Source: an uncultured Candidatus Bathyarchaeia archaeon
Lineage (GTDB): Archaea > Thermoproteota > Bathyarchaeia > 40CM-2-53-6 > DTGE01
Direction of reading: 5' to 3'
NCBI GenBank assembly: GCA_964346575.1
Contig: CAYFVN010000234.1
Coordinates: 1-57,051 of the forward strand
Length of the DNA stretch: 57,051 nt
Part shown: piece after piece, positions 28,521-38,410 of the stretch
Position numbering within the stretch: the stretch's first letter is position 1
Layout: each line of letters starts with the position of its first letter
The notes under the pieces: model-generated
Databases searched by the model: none
Told to the model about the DNA's origin: nothing
The model's input: only the letters and a program-made list of their open reading frames with translations
Made by a program: the position numbers and the translations under genes

Positions 28521-28826
28521 TTGGCTGCGGCATCCAGCCTACAGGTGAGTGGGGGTTTCCTAAAGACGGAGGGTCGTTCAACTTATTTTAAGGTGGTTCC
28601 TATGAGGGAATCATCTGATGTCGATAAGATAAAGGCTGAAATATCAGAGGGCAACATACTCATCGTGAGGATCACACCAATAGCAAAGCGTAGCTTCGAG
28701 GAAACCAAGCAGGCGGTGAACGAGCTTAAAAGCTTCATATCGGAGCTAGGAGGAGACATAGCCCGCCTCGGCACAGAGAGGATCGTGATAACTCCTCCTG
28801 AAGTGAAGATATGGAGAGGCGAATAA
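28521..28826 (+). CDS. sepF: cell division protein SepF homolog (DUF552)
   Basis: YFKVVPMRESSDVDKIKAEISEGNILIVRITPIAKRS...AVNELKSFISELGGDIARLGTERIVITPPEVKI lines up closely with archaeal SepF (e.g. DVIAIKDAVYDGNLVIADIT...DIVQKGDDQIVITPTGISI). TTG start. Confidence 0.7.
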   Translation: MAAASSLQVSGGFLKTEGRSTYFKVVPMRESSDVDKIKAEISEGNILIVRITPIAKRSFEETKQAVNELKSFISELGGDIARLGTERIVITPPEVKIWRGE

Positions 28827-28873
28827 CCTAGCAAGGCCTTCCTTCAAAGCGAAAAAAACTTCGGATTAACTAT

Positions 28874-30796
28874 TTACCTGAGCCTCATAGTCTCGCCGAG
28901 CTCTGGAGCCGAAGCCTTTACCTTCATATTCACGTCAATAGCCTGAGTTAAATCCTCGCATTTCCTCTTCTCGCCGTGTATCACCAGTATCCTCTGAGGT
29001 TTGGGGGTCATCCTATGTATGAATTTGAGTAGTTGCTTCCTATCCGAGTGGCCTGAGAATCCATCAACCATACGCACCTTCGCTTTAATCTTCACTACCT
29101 CCATCTTCCCAGCGTGCCCGGCTATTGATACCTCCTCTAGACCGTTCTTCACCCTAGATCCGAGCGTACCTTCGATCTGATAGCTTACGAATACCATTGC
29201 GTTGCTTTCTTCAGAGGCCAGATGCCTGAAGTAGTCGACTGATGGCCCTCCCTCCAGCATGCCTGAGGTAGCTAATACTACGCATGGCCCTCCGGCAGTT
29301 ATCTCTTCCCTCTCGCTTGGATGGGATACTATGGTGAAATACTCGGACTCGAAGGGGTTTGCATCCTTCTTGAGTATCTGGTTTCTGACATCCCTCGCCA
29401 GGTACTCCGGATAGGCCGTGTGGATTGCTGTAGACTCAGAGATCATACCCTCAATGAATATTGGTACCTCAGGTATGAAGCCATCCCTTATATATCTGTC
29501 AAGTACCAGCATTACCTCCTGAGCCCTACCCACAGCAGGGACAGGGATCAGGACTTTGCCTCCCTGTTTAACCGTATCCAATATAATCGATGCGAACTTC
29601 TCCTCTACAGCACGTCTCTCGGGCATCGTATCATCGGAGCCACCGTATGTGCTCTCCATGATCAGGGTTTCAGCTCTAGGGAAGACCGTTGATGCAGGTT
29701 CCAGCAGCACAGTCTCACCGAACTTGAAGTCTCCAGTATAGACTATGTTATGGAATCCTTCACCTATATGGAGGTGTGCCATGCCCGAACCCAGTATGTG
29801 ACCTGCATTATGAAGGGTTAACTTTATGTCTGGAGCCAAATCGGTTACCACACCGAATTTGAGGGGCACCGTATGTAGAACCGCATTCTTAACATCCCTT
29901 TGATCATAGGGAGGATAAACACCCTCCTTACCTGCTACATCCAAATAGTCCAGTTGAAGCAGGGTCATTAGGTGGGCCGTGGGTTCAGAGCAGTATACGG
30001 GTCCATCGTATCCATACTTATACAGAAAAGGCGTTATACCGCAATGATCTAAATGAGCGTGAGAGATTATCACGGCATCCAATCGTTCCAAATCGAACTT
30101 AGGATCATCCAGTCTAGGATACATGTGAGATGGATCGTTTGAACTCAAGTTTAACCCACAGTCGAGGAGGATCGTGCTCTCCCTCGTCTGAACTAGGACA
30201 GCCGACCTACCAACCTCTTTCACACCGCCTAAGGGTGTTAACATTACAAAGTCAGATCCACCAAGAGTAGGCCTGAAGATCCGCTCACCTACGTTGCGGA
30301 GTATACGTCCCCTCTCCTCTCCTTCGGAGTGCAGCACATGCCTTGTGGTGGCTATGATCTTAGAAGGTAAGAGGGGTGCCCTCACAACCCTAGGTCTCCA
30401 CTTTGTCTTCTTAAGGATCTCCTGTAATATGATACCTTCTCTACCTATAGCCAAACCAGGTTTTCTAGCCTCTAAGGCCACGTCACCCAGGTTCTTATCG
30501 AAGAGTAGGTTTGAAACCCCCGCCTCTTGAGGCATCAAATCCTTAATAGCCTTCTCAGCGTTCACCTCGTCCATCCTTATAGAAGGATCCGAACGGATCA
30601 CAACTCTCTTATGGAGGGCGTTAACAATATCTGTCACTATATAGCTCTGATCCAGAATTATATCAGCATTCTTCACGTATATCGCCAGTGTTGGCCCCTC
30701 AAACTCTATCCTTGTAACCTCAGCGTCACGAGGCATATGCTCTATAATAGCCTCCCTGGCCTTCGCATGGGCGTTATTCAACATTAGTGCAGGCAT
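28874..30796 (-). CDS. fttA: aCPSF1 / FttA beta-CASP ribonuclease with N-terminal KH domains
   Basis: 640 aa. N-terminal KH-like region, MBL motif ISHAHLDHCG, beta-CASP motifs IMESTYG and FSGHSD. This is the universal archaeal CPSF73 homolog architecture. Confidence 0.9.
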   Translation of the reverse strand: MPALMLNNAHAKAREAIIEHMPRDAEVTRIEFEGPTLAIYVKNADIILDQSYIVTDIVNALHKRVVIRSDPSIRMDEVNAEKAIKDLMPQEAGVSNLLFDKNLGDVALEARKPGLAIGREGIILQEILKKTKWRPRVVRAPLLPSKIIATTRHVLHSEGEERGRILRNVGERIFRPTLGGSDFVMLTPLGGVKEVGRSAVLVQTRESTILLDCGLNLSSNDPSHMYPRLDDPKFDLERLDAVIISHAHLDHCGITPFLYKYGYDGPVYCSEPTAHLMTLLQLDYLDVAGKEGVYPPYDQRDVKNAVLHTVPLKFGVVTDLAPDIKLTLHNAGHILGSGMAHLHIGEGFHNIVYTGDFKFGETVLLEPASTVFPRAETLIMESTYGGSDDTMPERRAVEEKFASIILDTVKQGGKVLIPVPAVGRAQEVMLVLDRYIRDGFIPEVPIFIEGMISESTAIHTAYPEYLARDVRNQILKKDANPFESEYFTIVSHPSEREEITAGGPCVVLATSGMLEGGPSVDYFRHLASEESNAMVFVSYQIEGTLGSRVKNGLEEVSIAGHAGKMEVVKIKAKVRMVDGFSGHSDRKQLLKFIHRMTPKPQRILVIHGEKRKCEDLTQAIDVNMKVKASAPELGETMRLR

Positions 30797-30941
30797 ACGT
30801 CCTCATCCCCTATCAGCATTCACCTTGCTAATTGCATTCTCTATTTCTTAATGTTCATCGTATGGCTTAGATCATCATAATCTCAACTTTGCGACATCAT
30901 TAAGTCTGAAAGGATAAGTCTTAAAGTGTAAGCGGCTAATA

Positions 30942-31667
30942 TCAACCTTCCAATATTGCCTTCTTCTCCTTCTCCTCAAGCTCTCTATATCCTTCTCTGG
31001 TTATTAGAGAAACGTCAAAGCTGTCACCGCTGGCTGCATCCCTCTTCATTGCCGAGCTTATAGCTTTAACAGCCACCGATAGAGCCTCCTTGACCGTAGA
31101 GTCGTCCCTTAAATCCGACTCTAACACGCCGTAGGCCACGGGTGAGCCCGAACCCGTCGATACATACTTCTCCTCCATCAAGCTTCCCAGCGGATCCAAT
31201 GCAAATACATGGGAGCCTTGGTCATCTATTCCCCCTACCACCGCTTGGAGTAAGAGGGGCATAAACCTTGAAGAGAAGAGTATGTTAGCCGCTAGACGTG
31301 CATTCGACCTGACAGGCATAGGCTTACCATTCTCATACTTGTATAGTTGGGCGTTTACCTTTAAGGTCTCCACAACTGATTGGGCATCCCCTACTACACC
31401 TGCTATGGTCACTGCTATATGGTCGTCTATTTGATATATCTTCTTAGCACTCTTATGGGCTATGAAGTATCCCATCGTAGCCCTCGTATCCGTGGTTAGT
31501 ACTACACCGTCCTTACAGGCTACGCCTATAGTCGTAGTGCCTCTTAGTGTCTGCTTGGATGATAGATTTTTAGACCACACATTATCAATGTTTTCCATTA
31601 AGCTAGGGGCCTCCAATACGTGATATACGAGAATTCCTCGCAGTGGAAGATTTTTATTATCGTGCAT
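30942..31667 (-). CDS. psmB: proteasome subunit beta (paralog 1, long propeptide)
   Basis: RG/TTTIGVACKDGVVLTTDTRAT active-site Thr after the propeptide, plus GSGSPVAYGVLE. Confidence 0.9.
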   Translation of the reverse strand: MHDNKNLPLRGILVYHVLEAPSLMENIDNVWSKNLSSKQTLRGTTTIGVACKDGVVLTTDTRATMGYFIAHKSAKKIYQIDDHIAVTIAGVVGDAQSVVETLKVNAQLYKYENGKPMPVRSNARLAANILFSSRFMPLLLQAVVGGIDDQGSHVFALDPLGSLMEEKYVSTGSGSPVAYGVLESDLRDDSTVKEALSVAVKAISSAMKRDAASGDSFDVSLITREGYRELEEKEKKAILEG

Positions 31668-31739
31668 TAGAAACTCTTTGCACGCAAGATCTTGAAGAGA
31701 TAACCGGATACTTAAAAAGGTTTCGAGGCTGATCGGAGA

Positions 31740-32180
31740 TTGACGAAGATGAAGGTGACGGTTCTAGGTAGAGCCCAGGCTAGACAAGGTTACTCATTCA
31801 GGTTCCACGACACCCCTAGAATCTGTAAAAGATGTGAGTATATAACCGCCTGCCTAGATAATCTAGAGAGGGATAGAATCTACACTGTTAAACGGGTGGT
31901 AGATAGAGAGTTACCATGCACATTAAGGGGTGATAGAGCTCTCCTAGTTGAAGTTGAGGAGGCAGAGATTACTATCCCTACAATTGCTGAAGCTGCCATT
32001 CCAGGCGCCATACTCACCTATGAACCTCATGGTTGCAACATAGAATGCTGGAGTTACAGTCTCTGCAATCCTAAAGGCTTGAAGCCTGGTGATAAATGCA
32101 TAATACTAGAGGTTGGAGGGGTCCACGACTGTGCTGAGAGAATGAGGCTTATCTCCGTGAAGGTTCGGAGGGTTACTTAG
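31740..32180 (+). CDS. UPF0179 family protein
   Basis: VTVLGRAQARQGYSFRFHDTPRICKRCEYITACLDNLERDRIYTVKRVVDRELPCTL...LLVEVEEA matches the UPF0179 pattern as I remember it (small Cys-containing archaeal protein). TTG start. Confidence 0.55.
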   Translation: MTKMKVTVLGRAQARQGYSFRFHDTPRICKRCEYITACLDNLERDRIYTVKRVVDRELPCTLRGDRALLVEVEEAEITIPTIAEAAIPGAILTYEPHGCNIECWSYSLCNPKGLKPGDKCIILEVGGVHDCAERMRLISVKVRRVT

Positions 32181-32856
32181 ACTTCTTAAACCGCTCTATA
32201 AATGATATCCCCACGATTCCAGGTATATATCTCTGGACCTCAGAGGCTATCTGTTTCTTAGCAAGTTGTAGACCTTCTGTTAAGAAGACCTCTTCAGGAA
32301 GTTCTACAGTAACCTCACTCTGAGATACCTTCAATCCAACCTTATCCAAATCAAGGTTGGGAAGCCTCCTATGTATCGAGGCCTTAACTTTTTCAGCCCT
32401 TGTACGCAGGATCTTCTCAACGGTCACCTCATATAACAGAGTTTTACCTGCAAGAGGATGGTTAAAGTCTATCTGAACTCTTCCAGCCCCTACAGCTCTA
32501 ACTGTGGCTGGTTTACCATCGACTTGGATACGCATACCAGGTACAGGATTTACACCCTCACGGGTGAACCTCCTGAGAGGGAAAAGCCTTACCTTAGATT
32601 TGTCGCGTTCGCCATAACCCTTATCCGGGTATACCTCTACTTCAATCCTACGGCTTACCTCTGAACCCTCAAGTGCCTCATCCAAACCCTTAGGAACCCA
32701 TCCCTCACCTACAACCACTAGGAGAGGCTCAGGGATACGCTCCTCTCCCTTCTCATGGTGTCCTTCCATCTCCATTGTGGAGTCAATTACCTCACCTGTT
32801 TCCTTGGCCTTGCATACGTAATTGATAGTTACGAAGTTACCTTTCTTTACTGGCAA
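32173..32856 (-). CDS. FKBP-type peptidyl-prolyl cis-trans isomerase (long archaeal SlyD-like type)
   Basis: FVTINYVCKAKETGEVIDST, VVVGEGWVPKGLDEAL and FNHPLAGKTLLYEVTV, with an IF-insert and a C-terminal domain. Confidence 0.85.
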   Translation of the reverse strand: MPVKKGNFVTINYVCKAKETGEVIDSTMEMEGHHEKGEERIPEPLLVVVGEGWVPKGLDEALEGSEVSRRIEVEVYPDKGYGERDKSKVRLFPLRRFTREGVNPVPGMRIQVDGKPATVRAVGAGRVQIDFNHPLAGKTLLYEVTVEKILRTRAEKVKASIHRRLPNLDLDKVGLKVSQSEVTVELPEEVFLTEGLQLAKKQIASEVQRYIPGIVGISFIERFKKSK

Positions 32857-32900
32857 TCGGATCCCCCGCCAAAATAGATCCTAAACCCTTAATTTAATAT

Positions 32901-32939
32901 TTACCCATCTGAATGGAAATTCTTTGATCAGATGGGTGG
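32901..32939. repeat. strong inverted repeat in the divergent FKBP/aminotransferase spacer
   Basis: ACCCATCTGA (32903..32912) pairs with TCAGATGGGT (32928..32937): 10 WC pairs plus 2 possible G.U, with a 15-nt loop. Confidence 0.8.
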
Positions 32940-33093
32940 TTCAGACGGTACGACATTCCTCTAACCTCTTTTTCATCCAAGCCGGAACACTTTAACCCTT
33001 AATTCTTCATCACTTTAAAATATTCTTTAGTGCACACGATTCCTACCGTAAGTCTTAAAAGATTATTATAGTGGATTCGGTTAGGGATCACCG

Positions 33094-34173
33094 GTGAAGA
33101 TGAAGCTCTTTACTGTAGGGCCTGTCCCCTGCTATCCCGAGGTCTTGGAGGAGATGGGCCGTCAGATGCTAAGCCATAGAAGCAAAGAGTACAGGCAACT
33201 GCATAGGGAAACGGTCGAAAAGCTACAGAGACTTCTCGAAACCGATAGTCCTGTCTTTCTATTTCCAAGCTCGGGAAGTGGAGTTATGGAAGCATCCGTC
33301 CGAAACTGCGTCGAGAAGAGGATGCTGTGCTGCATAAACGGGGCCTTCGGTGAGCGTTATCTCTCAGTCGCCGAGTCTAACGGCAAGAATACTGAGATCC
33401 TTAGGACTAAGCTTGGGGAACCTATTCTACCTGAGGTTCTAGATGAAGCTTTGATTAAATTTCCAGATGTGGAGGCGGTTTCAATCACGTACAACGAAAC
33501 AAGTGTGGGATTGCTTAACCCTCTAACGAAACTTGCGGAGACAGTAAAGGAACATGGTAAACTATTGTTTGTAGACGCCGTTAGCTCCATGGGTGGTGTA
33601 GAACTTGAAGTGGATGAGTGGGGTATTGACGTTTGCTTCTCAAGTTCTCAGAAATGCTTTGGTCTTCCTCCTGGTCTGGCTGTAGGGAGCGTTAGCAAAG
33701 AAGCGTTAGACAAGTCCGAGAAAGTTAAGAATAGGGGATGGTATTTTGACTTTAAGCTGTTCGAGAAATATCAGGCTAGGGAGTGGAGTACGGCTATGAC
33801 ACCCGTTATTCCACAGATCTACGCTCTTCGAAGAGTCTTGCAGATGATAGAGCGTGAGGGGAAGAAAAAGCATTTTCAACTCTACAGGGAGAGGAGTCTA
33901 AGGATCAGGGATGGGGTGGAGAAGCTAGGGTTCACTTTATTCCCAAAGAAGGGATTCGAGAGTCCAACTGTGAATTGCATAAATGCAATAGCCAAACCTA
34001 GTGGTATTGAGGTTTACGAGAGAATGCGTGAGAAAGGTTTTGAACTTGCTAAAGGATACGGCGCCGTTAAGGAAAGAACTTTCAGGGTAGGGAACATGGG
34101 ATATGTTAAAATGGAAGATATCGATTCCATGCTGTCCGCTTTGAAGGAAGTTGTAGACGAATATAGGGATTGA
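33094..34173 (+). CDS. class V aminotransferase (serine-pyruvate/alanine-glyoxylate type)
   Basis: TVGPVPCYPEVLEEM..., NETSVGLLNP, FVDAVSSMGG and the PLP-lysine block SSSQKCFGLPPGL. Confidence 0.85.
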   Translation: MKMKLFTVGPVPCYPEVLEEMGRQMLSHRSKEYRQLHRETVEKLQRLLETDSPVFLFPSSGSGVMEASVRNCVEKRMLCCINGAFGERYLSVAESNGKNTEILRTKLGEPILPEVLDEALIKFPDVEAVSITYNETSVGLLNPLTKLAETVKEHGKLLFVDAVSSMGGVELEVDEWGIDVCFSSSQKCFGLPPGLAVGSVSKEALDKSEKVKNRGWYFDFKLFEKYQAREWSTAMTPVIPQIYALRRVLQMIEREGKKKHFQLYRERSLRIRDGVEKLGFTLFPKKGFESPTVNCINAIAKPSGIEVYERMREKGFELAKGYGAVKERTFRVGNMGYVKMEDIDSMLSALKEVVDEYRD

Positions 34174-34652
34174 AGACGTTTCATATATTGAGTTCTAAGA
34201 TATACCCTTGAAATGAGATCTTAAGAAGGATATTCCCCCCCTAATTATTGTAAAGGATTGTAGATTACTCTTTTTTCGTCGAAGTGGGGGAGTCATAGGA
34301 ATTTCTCTTTATTGCGGTTAATTTCGTTTTCTCTGCTTTTGGATAGGGATCCAACTTGTGTAATCTATTGAGGACTACACTAATGAAGTATGATCTCGGA
34401 GACACCTGGGCAAGCCGCGTATGCAAGCAGGAGAATAGGATCTCTTTTAACCGACTCATCCTTAGTTAGTGGTACTTCTGGAGGCTTAAATAGACGTGAT
34501 AAGTAAAATCAATTGGAACAAGTGGAACATATGGAAAAGTAATCGGAGGCGCAGGGTCTGATCTTACATTTAGCGTTCGCGTTTATCCTTGCTTCATAAA
34601 TAAGTGGGACGACGATTAATAAAAAGTTATGAATGTGGATTAAAACTAATGC

Positions 34653-34844
34653 CTACTTGTTTTCTGCTGCCTTGGCTTTTCTGACCACGAATTTATCGTC
34701 TCCTTTTTCGAAGCTGATCTCAACCTTGAGTGAGGACTCTACGGGTATGGGGAACATGGTGTCCTCCGCCAAGGCTTTAGGGAGATGCATCAGGTACTGC
34801 CCGTCCTTCCTCTTGAAAAGCGATCCCCTAGCTCTATCAACCAT
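34653..34844 (-). CDS. hypothetical small protein (possibly AbrB/SpoVT-like)
   Basis: 63-aa ORF in a gene-poor 1-kb stretch. YLMHLPKALAEDTMFPI...LKVEISFE faintly resembles a swapped-hairpin AbrB-type module. Weak evidence. Confidence 0.3.
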   Translation of the reverse strand: MVDRARGSLFKRKDGQYLMHLPKALAEDTMFPIPVESSLKVEISFEKGDDKFVVRKAKAAENK

Positions 34845-35221
34845 TCACATCCACCTCCATCCATGTCATACACGAACATTTAAACGATGTTAAATAAGCG
34901 ACGTTATAAAACCTCACTCTTAAAGTTTTCTATATCATGAAACATTTCATAATCCAATCACGCGTATAACTAATTTCAAAAATAACACAGAATTAGATTT
35001 TAATTATAATCTCCATGTTTAATTTTTATACATAAATGATAAAGCTATTTCCTTGAAGTATCGGTCCAGAACTCCATTCCTAGATCGTGACATGTCTACT
35101 CCAGACATGTGAGGGCAAACATCGGGAGAATGAGTATAAAGGTAAACATATACTCAACTCTAGGAATAGAGGTAAAACAACCGTGTAGATATCATTTAAT
35201 GTATTAAGGTGATGTTGTTAT

Positions 35222-36025
35222 ATGCGACCAGTTATAACGCTCCTAACTGATTTTGGGTTTAGGGATTCCTATGTAGCTGAAATGAAAGGTGTTATTCTCG
35301 AGATATGCCCTGAGGCTGTACTTGTCGACATAACCCATGAGATCGAGAAGTTTAACGTATTGATGGGAGCCTTCACATTGGCTTCGGCTATCAAGTTCTT
35401 CCAGAGGGGCTCAATACATCTGGCTGTGGTGGATCCAGGCGTGGGCGGTGCTCGTAAACCCATAATAGTAGAGACGGATCGCGGATATCTAGTAGGCCCA
35501 GATAATGGTCTTCTATCCCTCTCAGCCGATAAGAAGAGTGTTAAAAGGGTTTATGAGATTAAATCTTGCAGATATACTAGGAGAGAGATCTCAGCCACCT
35601 TCCACGGCAGGGATATCTTCGCTCCTGCTGCGGCCTACTTGGCTAAGGGTGTTCATCCTAAAAGGATGGGGTTCGAAGTTAAGGGCTATATGAAAATTAG
35701 CTTCGTGAAACCTGTAATTCGTAAAGGCTTTGTCGAATGTGAGGTTCTACACGTGGATTCCTTCGGTAACGTAATAATAAACCTGTCTTGTGGGGATTTG
35801 GATGAAGCGGAGGTATCAGCAACTTCGAAATTCGACGTGACCGCTCATAACCGTACATTTGAAGCCTCAAAGGCTTCAACCTATTCTGAAGCAGACGAGG
35901 GGTCGCTTGTAGTTGTACCATATGGAAGCCATGGGTTTATAGAGTTGTCTGTAAACAAAGGGAGCGCGGCGCAGCTCCTAGAGGTTGTAGCTGGAAGCAG
36001 ACTAGCTCTTAAGTTTAGATCTTGA
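35222..36025 (+). CDS. SAM hydroxide adenosyltransferase / SAM hydrolase (DUF62 family)
   Basis: ITLLTDFGFRDSYVAEMKGVI, VDITHEI, HLAVVDPGVG and VGPDNGLLS are hallmark DUF62 (fluorinase/chlorinase-like) motifs. Confidence 0.85.
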   Translation: MRPVITLLTDFGFRDSYVAEMKGVILEICPEAVLVDITHEIEKFNVLMGAFTLASAIKFFQRGSIHLAVVDPGVGGARKPIIVETDRGYLVGPDNGLLSLSADKKSVKRVYEIKSCRYTRREISATFHGRDIFAPAAAYLAKGVHPKRMGFEVKGYMKISFVKPVIRKGFVECEVLHVDSFGNVIINLSCGDLDEAEVSATSKFDVTAHNRTFEASKASTYSEADEGSLVVVPYGSHGFIELSVNKGSAAQLLEVVAGSRLALKFRS

Positions 36026-36565
36026 CTATACGGATTTTGGCTTATCGTTGGAGGCTAAAACTTTGACTCGCCGGTCACCCTTTATGGATTTTATGAACTC
36101 CGCCACTGGATGAGGGATAAGCTTCTCCCAAGGCTTACCGTTTAGGATACGCTGTCTTATCTCCGTGGCGTAGTATCTACCCCTATCGAAGAAGGGTATA
36201 TCTTCAACTTGATAACCCGCATCCTCGAAGAGCTGTCGTGTCAGAGGCTCGTTAGAGTAGACTATTTGGAAGCTGGGCACCTTCGATACTAAATGGGATA
36301 CCCAGACCGCGTGAATGTTCACATCCTCGACAGGTATCAGATAGTACCTGCTTGTGTCTACATCCTCTCTGTCTAAAGCTCTACGGATCATCTCAATTCG
36401 CTCTCCGGCTGTGAAGGGATTCTCAAGTGAGTGGCTGTACTGAGCGCTTCCTACCACAATTATCACCTCTGTCTCCCTTGATAAGATATACTTAACTGCC
36501 TCTAGATGACCTAAATGGAATGGTTGGAACCTACCGACAAATAATCCTCTACTCGCTCTCTCCAA
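36026..36565 (-). CDS. nadM: nicotinamide-nucleotide adenylyltransferase (archaeal NMNAT)
   Basis: GLFVGRFQPFHLGHLEAVKYIL (the (T/H)xGH nucleotidyltransferase motif). 179 aa. Its stop codon abuts the DUF62 stop codon with no gap. Confidence 0.9.
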   Translation of the reverse strand: MERASRGLFVGRFQPFHLGHLEAVKYILSRETEVIIVVGSAQYSHSLENPFTAGERIEMIRRALDREDVDTSRYYLIPVEDVNIHAVWVSHLVSKVPSFQIVYSNEPLTRQLFEDAGYQVEDIPFFDRGRYYATEIRQRILNGKPWEKLIPHPVAEFIKSIKGDRRVKVLASNDKPKSV

Positions 36566-36895
36566 TTTGAACCCTCAAAAAGCATTCAAGTGGAATCCTC
36601 ACGCCACTAAACTTGGTACCCTCATTCCTTAGTGGGATTCGTTTAAAATTATTTTCTTTCAATCCTATCATCATACCTTCTTTAAAGAACATCTCCTTAG
36701 GGTCCAACCGCTTGTAGATACCGTGAAGCATATGTCATCATCCACAGCCGAGTATACGCGTATAGGCTTCATCGTAGTGGCCGTCAACTCTCCTCTATGA
36801 TAGGTCTTAAAAGGTTTTGAGATGGAGGTTTTAAATTGTATGTAACTTAAAAGTTGATCGTTCGAAGGCTATAAACTCTGTCTGGGTGTGAATAG

Positions 36896-37969
36896 TTGGT
36901 TAATGTGCCTGGTGACATGCTTGAAGGAGGCGGGCAGATTATAAGGACGTCCATAGCTCTCGCAGCCCTACTGGGGGAGGAGATTGATATATCCAATGTT
37001 AGGGGTAAACGCTCACCTTCAGGGTTGAAGGCTCAGCATTTGACCGGTGTGAAGGCGGTTGCATCCGTATCTGGGGCTGAGATTGAAGGTCTTAGGATAG
37101 GCTCAACAAGACTCGTATTTAAACCTCGCATGAGGAGGGGGGGCATCTTACGATTCGATGTAGGAACTGCTGGAAGCGTATCCCTAGTGTTACAGGCGTT
37201 GATGCCAGCAGCTGCTTTCGCCTCTGAACCTCTGCGGGTCATTATAACAGGGGGAACCGATGTCCGATGGAGCCCCACTATAGATTACATGCGTCTCGTA
37301 GCCCTGCCAGTGCTGGCGAAGATGGGCTACAAAGGTGATATCATAGTTGAGAAGAGAGGCCATTACCCCAGGGGCGGAGGATACGTAGCCTTTACAGCCA
37401 CACCCGTACGAGTGTTGAGTCCTATAACCCTGGAGGAGAGAGGTATAGTAAAGAGGGTAGGCGGCTGTAGCCACTGCGTCAAGCTTCCAAGATATGTAGC
37501 TGATAGGCAAGCTGAAGCGGCGTTCCAAACCCTTAAGGAGGCGGGTATCCGAGACATTCAAGTTGATGTGGAATGGTACCCTTCTGGTAGTGATCCTCAC
37601 ATAGGCCCTGGCAGCGGGATAACCCTGCACGCTGTAACCTCCGCTAATGCTATGCTTGGTGCAGACGCCCTCGGAGAGAAGGGGAAACCTGCTGAGGAGG
37701 TTGGAGGGGAAGCCGCCTCTAAACTTCTGGAAGAGCTGGACACGGGTATGGTCTTGGACCGTCACATGGGAGACATGATAATACCCTACCTTGCTGTTGC
37801 GGACGGAAGGTCGAGAGTTACAGTTTCGCAGCTAACTCTGCATACGATGACAAATATCAAGGTTACAGAGATGATCTCAGGCGTCTCCTTCAGGGTTGAG
37901 GGAGAAATAGGAAGACCTGGCAGTGTAGAAGTGGAAGGAATAGGCCTAGTTACACCGTATTCAGCATAA
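36896..37969 (+). CDS. rtcA: RNA 3'-terminal phosphate cyclase
   Basis: LEGGGQIIRTSIALAALLGEEIDISNVRGKRSPSGLKAQHL and the catalytic-His region VLDRHMGDMIIPYL. Confidence 0.9.
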   Translation: MVNVPGDMLEGGGQIIRTSIALAALLGEEIDISNVRGKRSPSGLKAQHLTGVKAVASVSGAEIEGLRIGSTRLVFKPRMRRGGILRFDVGTAGSVSLVLQALMPAAAFASEPLRVIITGGTDVRWSPTIDYMRLVALPVLAKMGYKGDIIVEKRGHYPRGGGYVAFTATPVRVLSPITLEERGIVKRVGGCSHCVKLPRYVADRQAEAAFQTLKEAGIRDIQVDVEWYPSGSDPHIGPGSGITLHAVTSANAMLGADALGEKGKPAEEVGGEAASKLLEELDTGMVLDRHMGDMIIPYLAVADGRSRVTVSQLTLHTMTNIKVTEMISGVSFRVEGEIGRPGSVEVEGIGLVTPYSA

Positions 37970-37981
37970 ATTGGGGTAAGC

Positions 37982-38251
37982 TCAGCTGCCGCTACGTGAT
38001 TTTCTACTCCTCCATAGAACCTCACCTGTGAGGGAGTCCATCACCTCATGAACTCTATGGAATGGTATCGGAGAATCCTCCTCCCCTAGGATTACAAACC
38101 AGCCTTTCCTCACATGGCTTACCTCTGAGAGAAGTATCTCCCTAATATCGTTGGGAGCTCCCCTATGTACGTATCGAATAGTGAATCGGTTCTTTTCGCC
38201 CTCAGTCCACTTCAATCTGTTTAATATATCTCTAAGCGGATGCTTCTTCAA
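37982..38251 (-). CDS. UPF0248 / DUF504 family protein
   Basis: HPLRDILNRLKWTEGE...FTIRYVHRGAPNDIREI...IPFHRVHEV fits the small archaeal DUF504 pattern. Confidence 0.65.
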   Translation of the reverse strand: MKKHPLRDILNRLKWTEGEKNRFTIRYVHRGAPNDIREILLSEVSHVRKGWFVILGEEDSPIPFHRVHEVMDSLTGEVLWRSRKSRSGS

Positions 38252-38410
38252 TCACAACCACCAACCTAACAGGGAAGTTAACAGCCACCGGATTAAATAA
38301 TGAAAATAAAAATACAACTTTATTGTGGGATGACCAACGGCATATTTAATAGTTTGCTGATGAAACTCCTTTAAGGACCGCCTGAATAACAGATTTGGGG
38401 ATACGATGAG

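Noticed and set aside
38328-38395. Candidate C/D-box sRNA: GGGATGAcc ... gCTGATGAaactcctttaaggaccgcCTGA.
   Set aside because: Box spacing is wrong (23-nt and 18-nt guides versus about 12 nt), the C box is imperfect and there is no terminal stem. It is more likely the promoter/5' region of psmB2. A similar candidate at 34496..34562 (GTGATAA ... CTGA) lacks internal C'/D' boxes.
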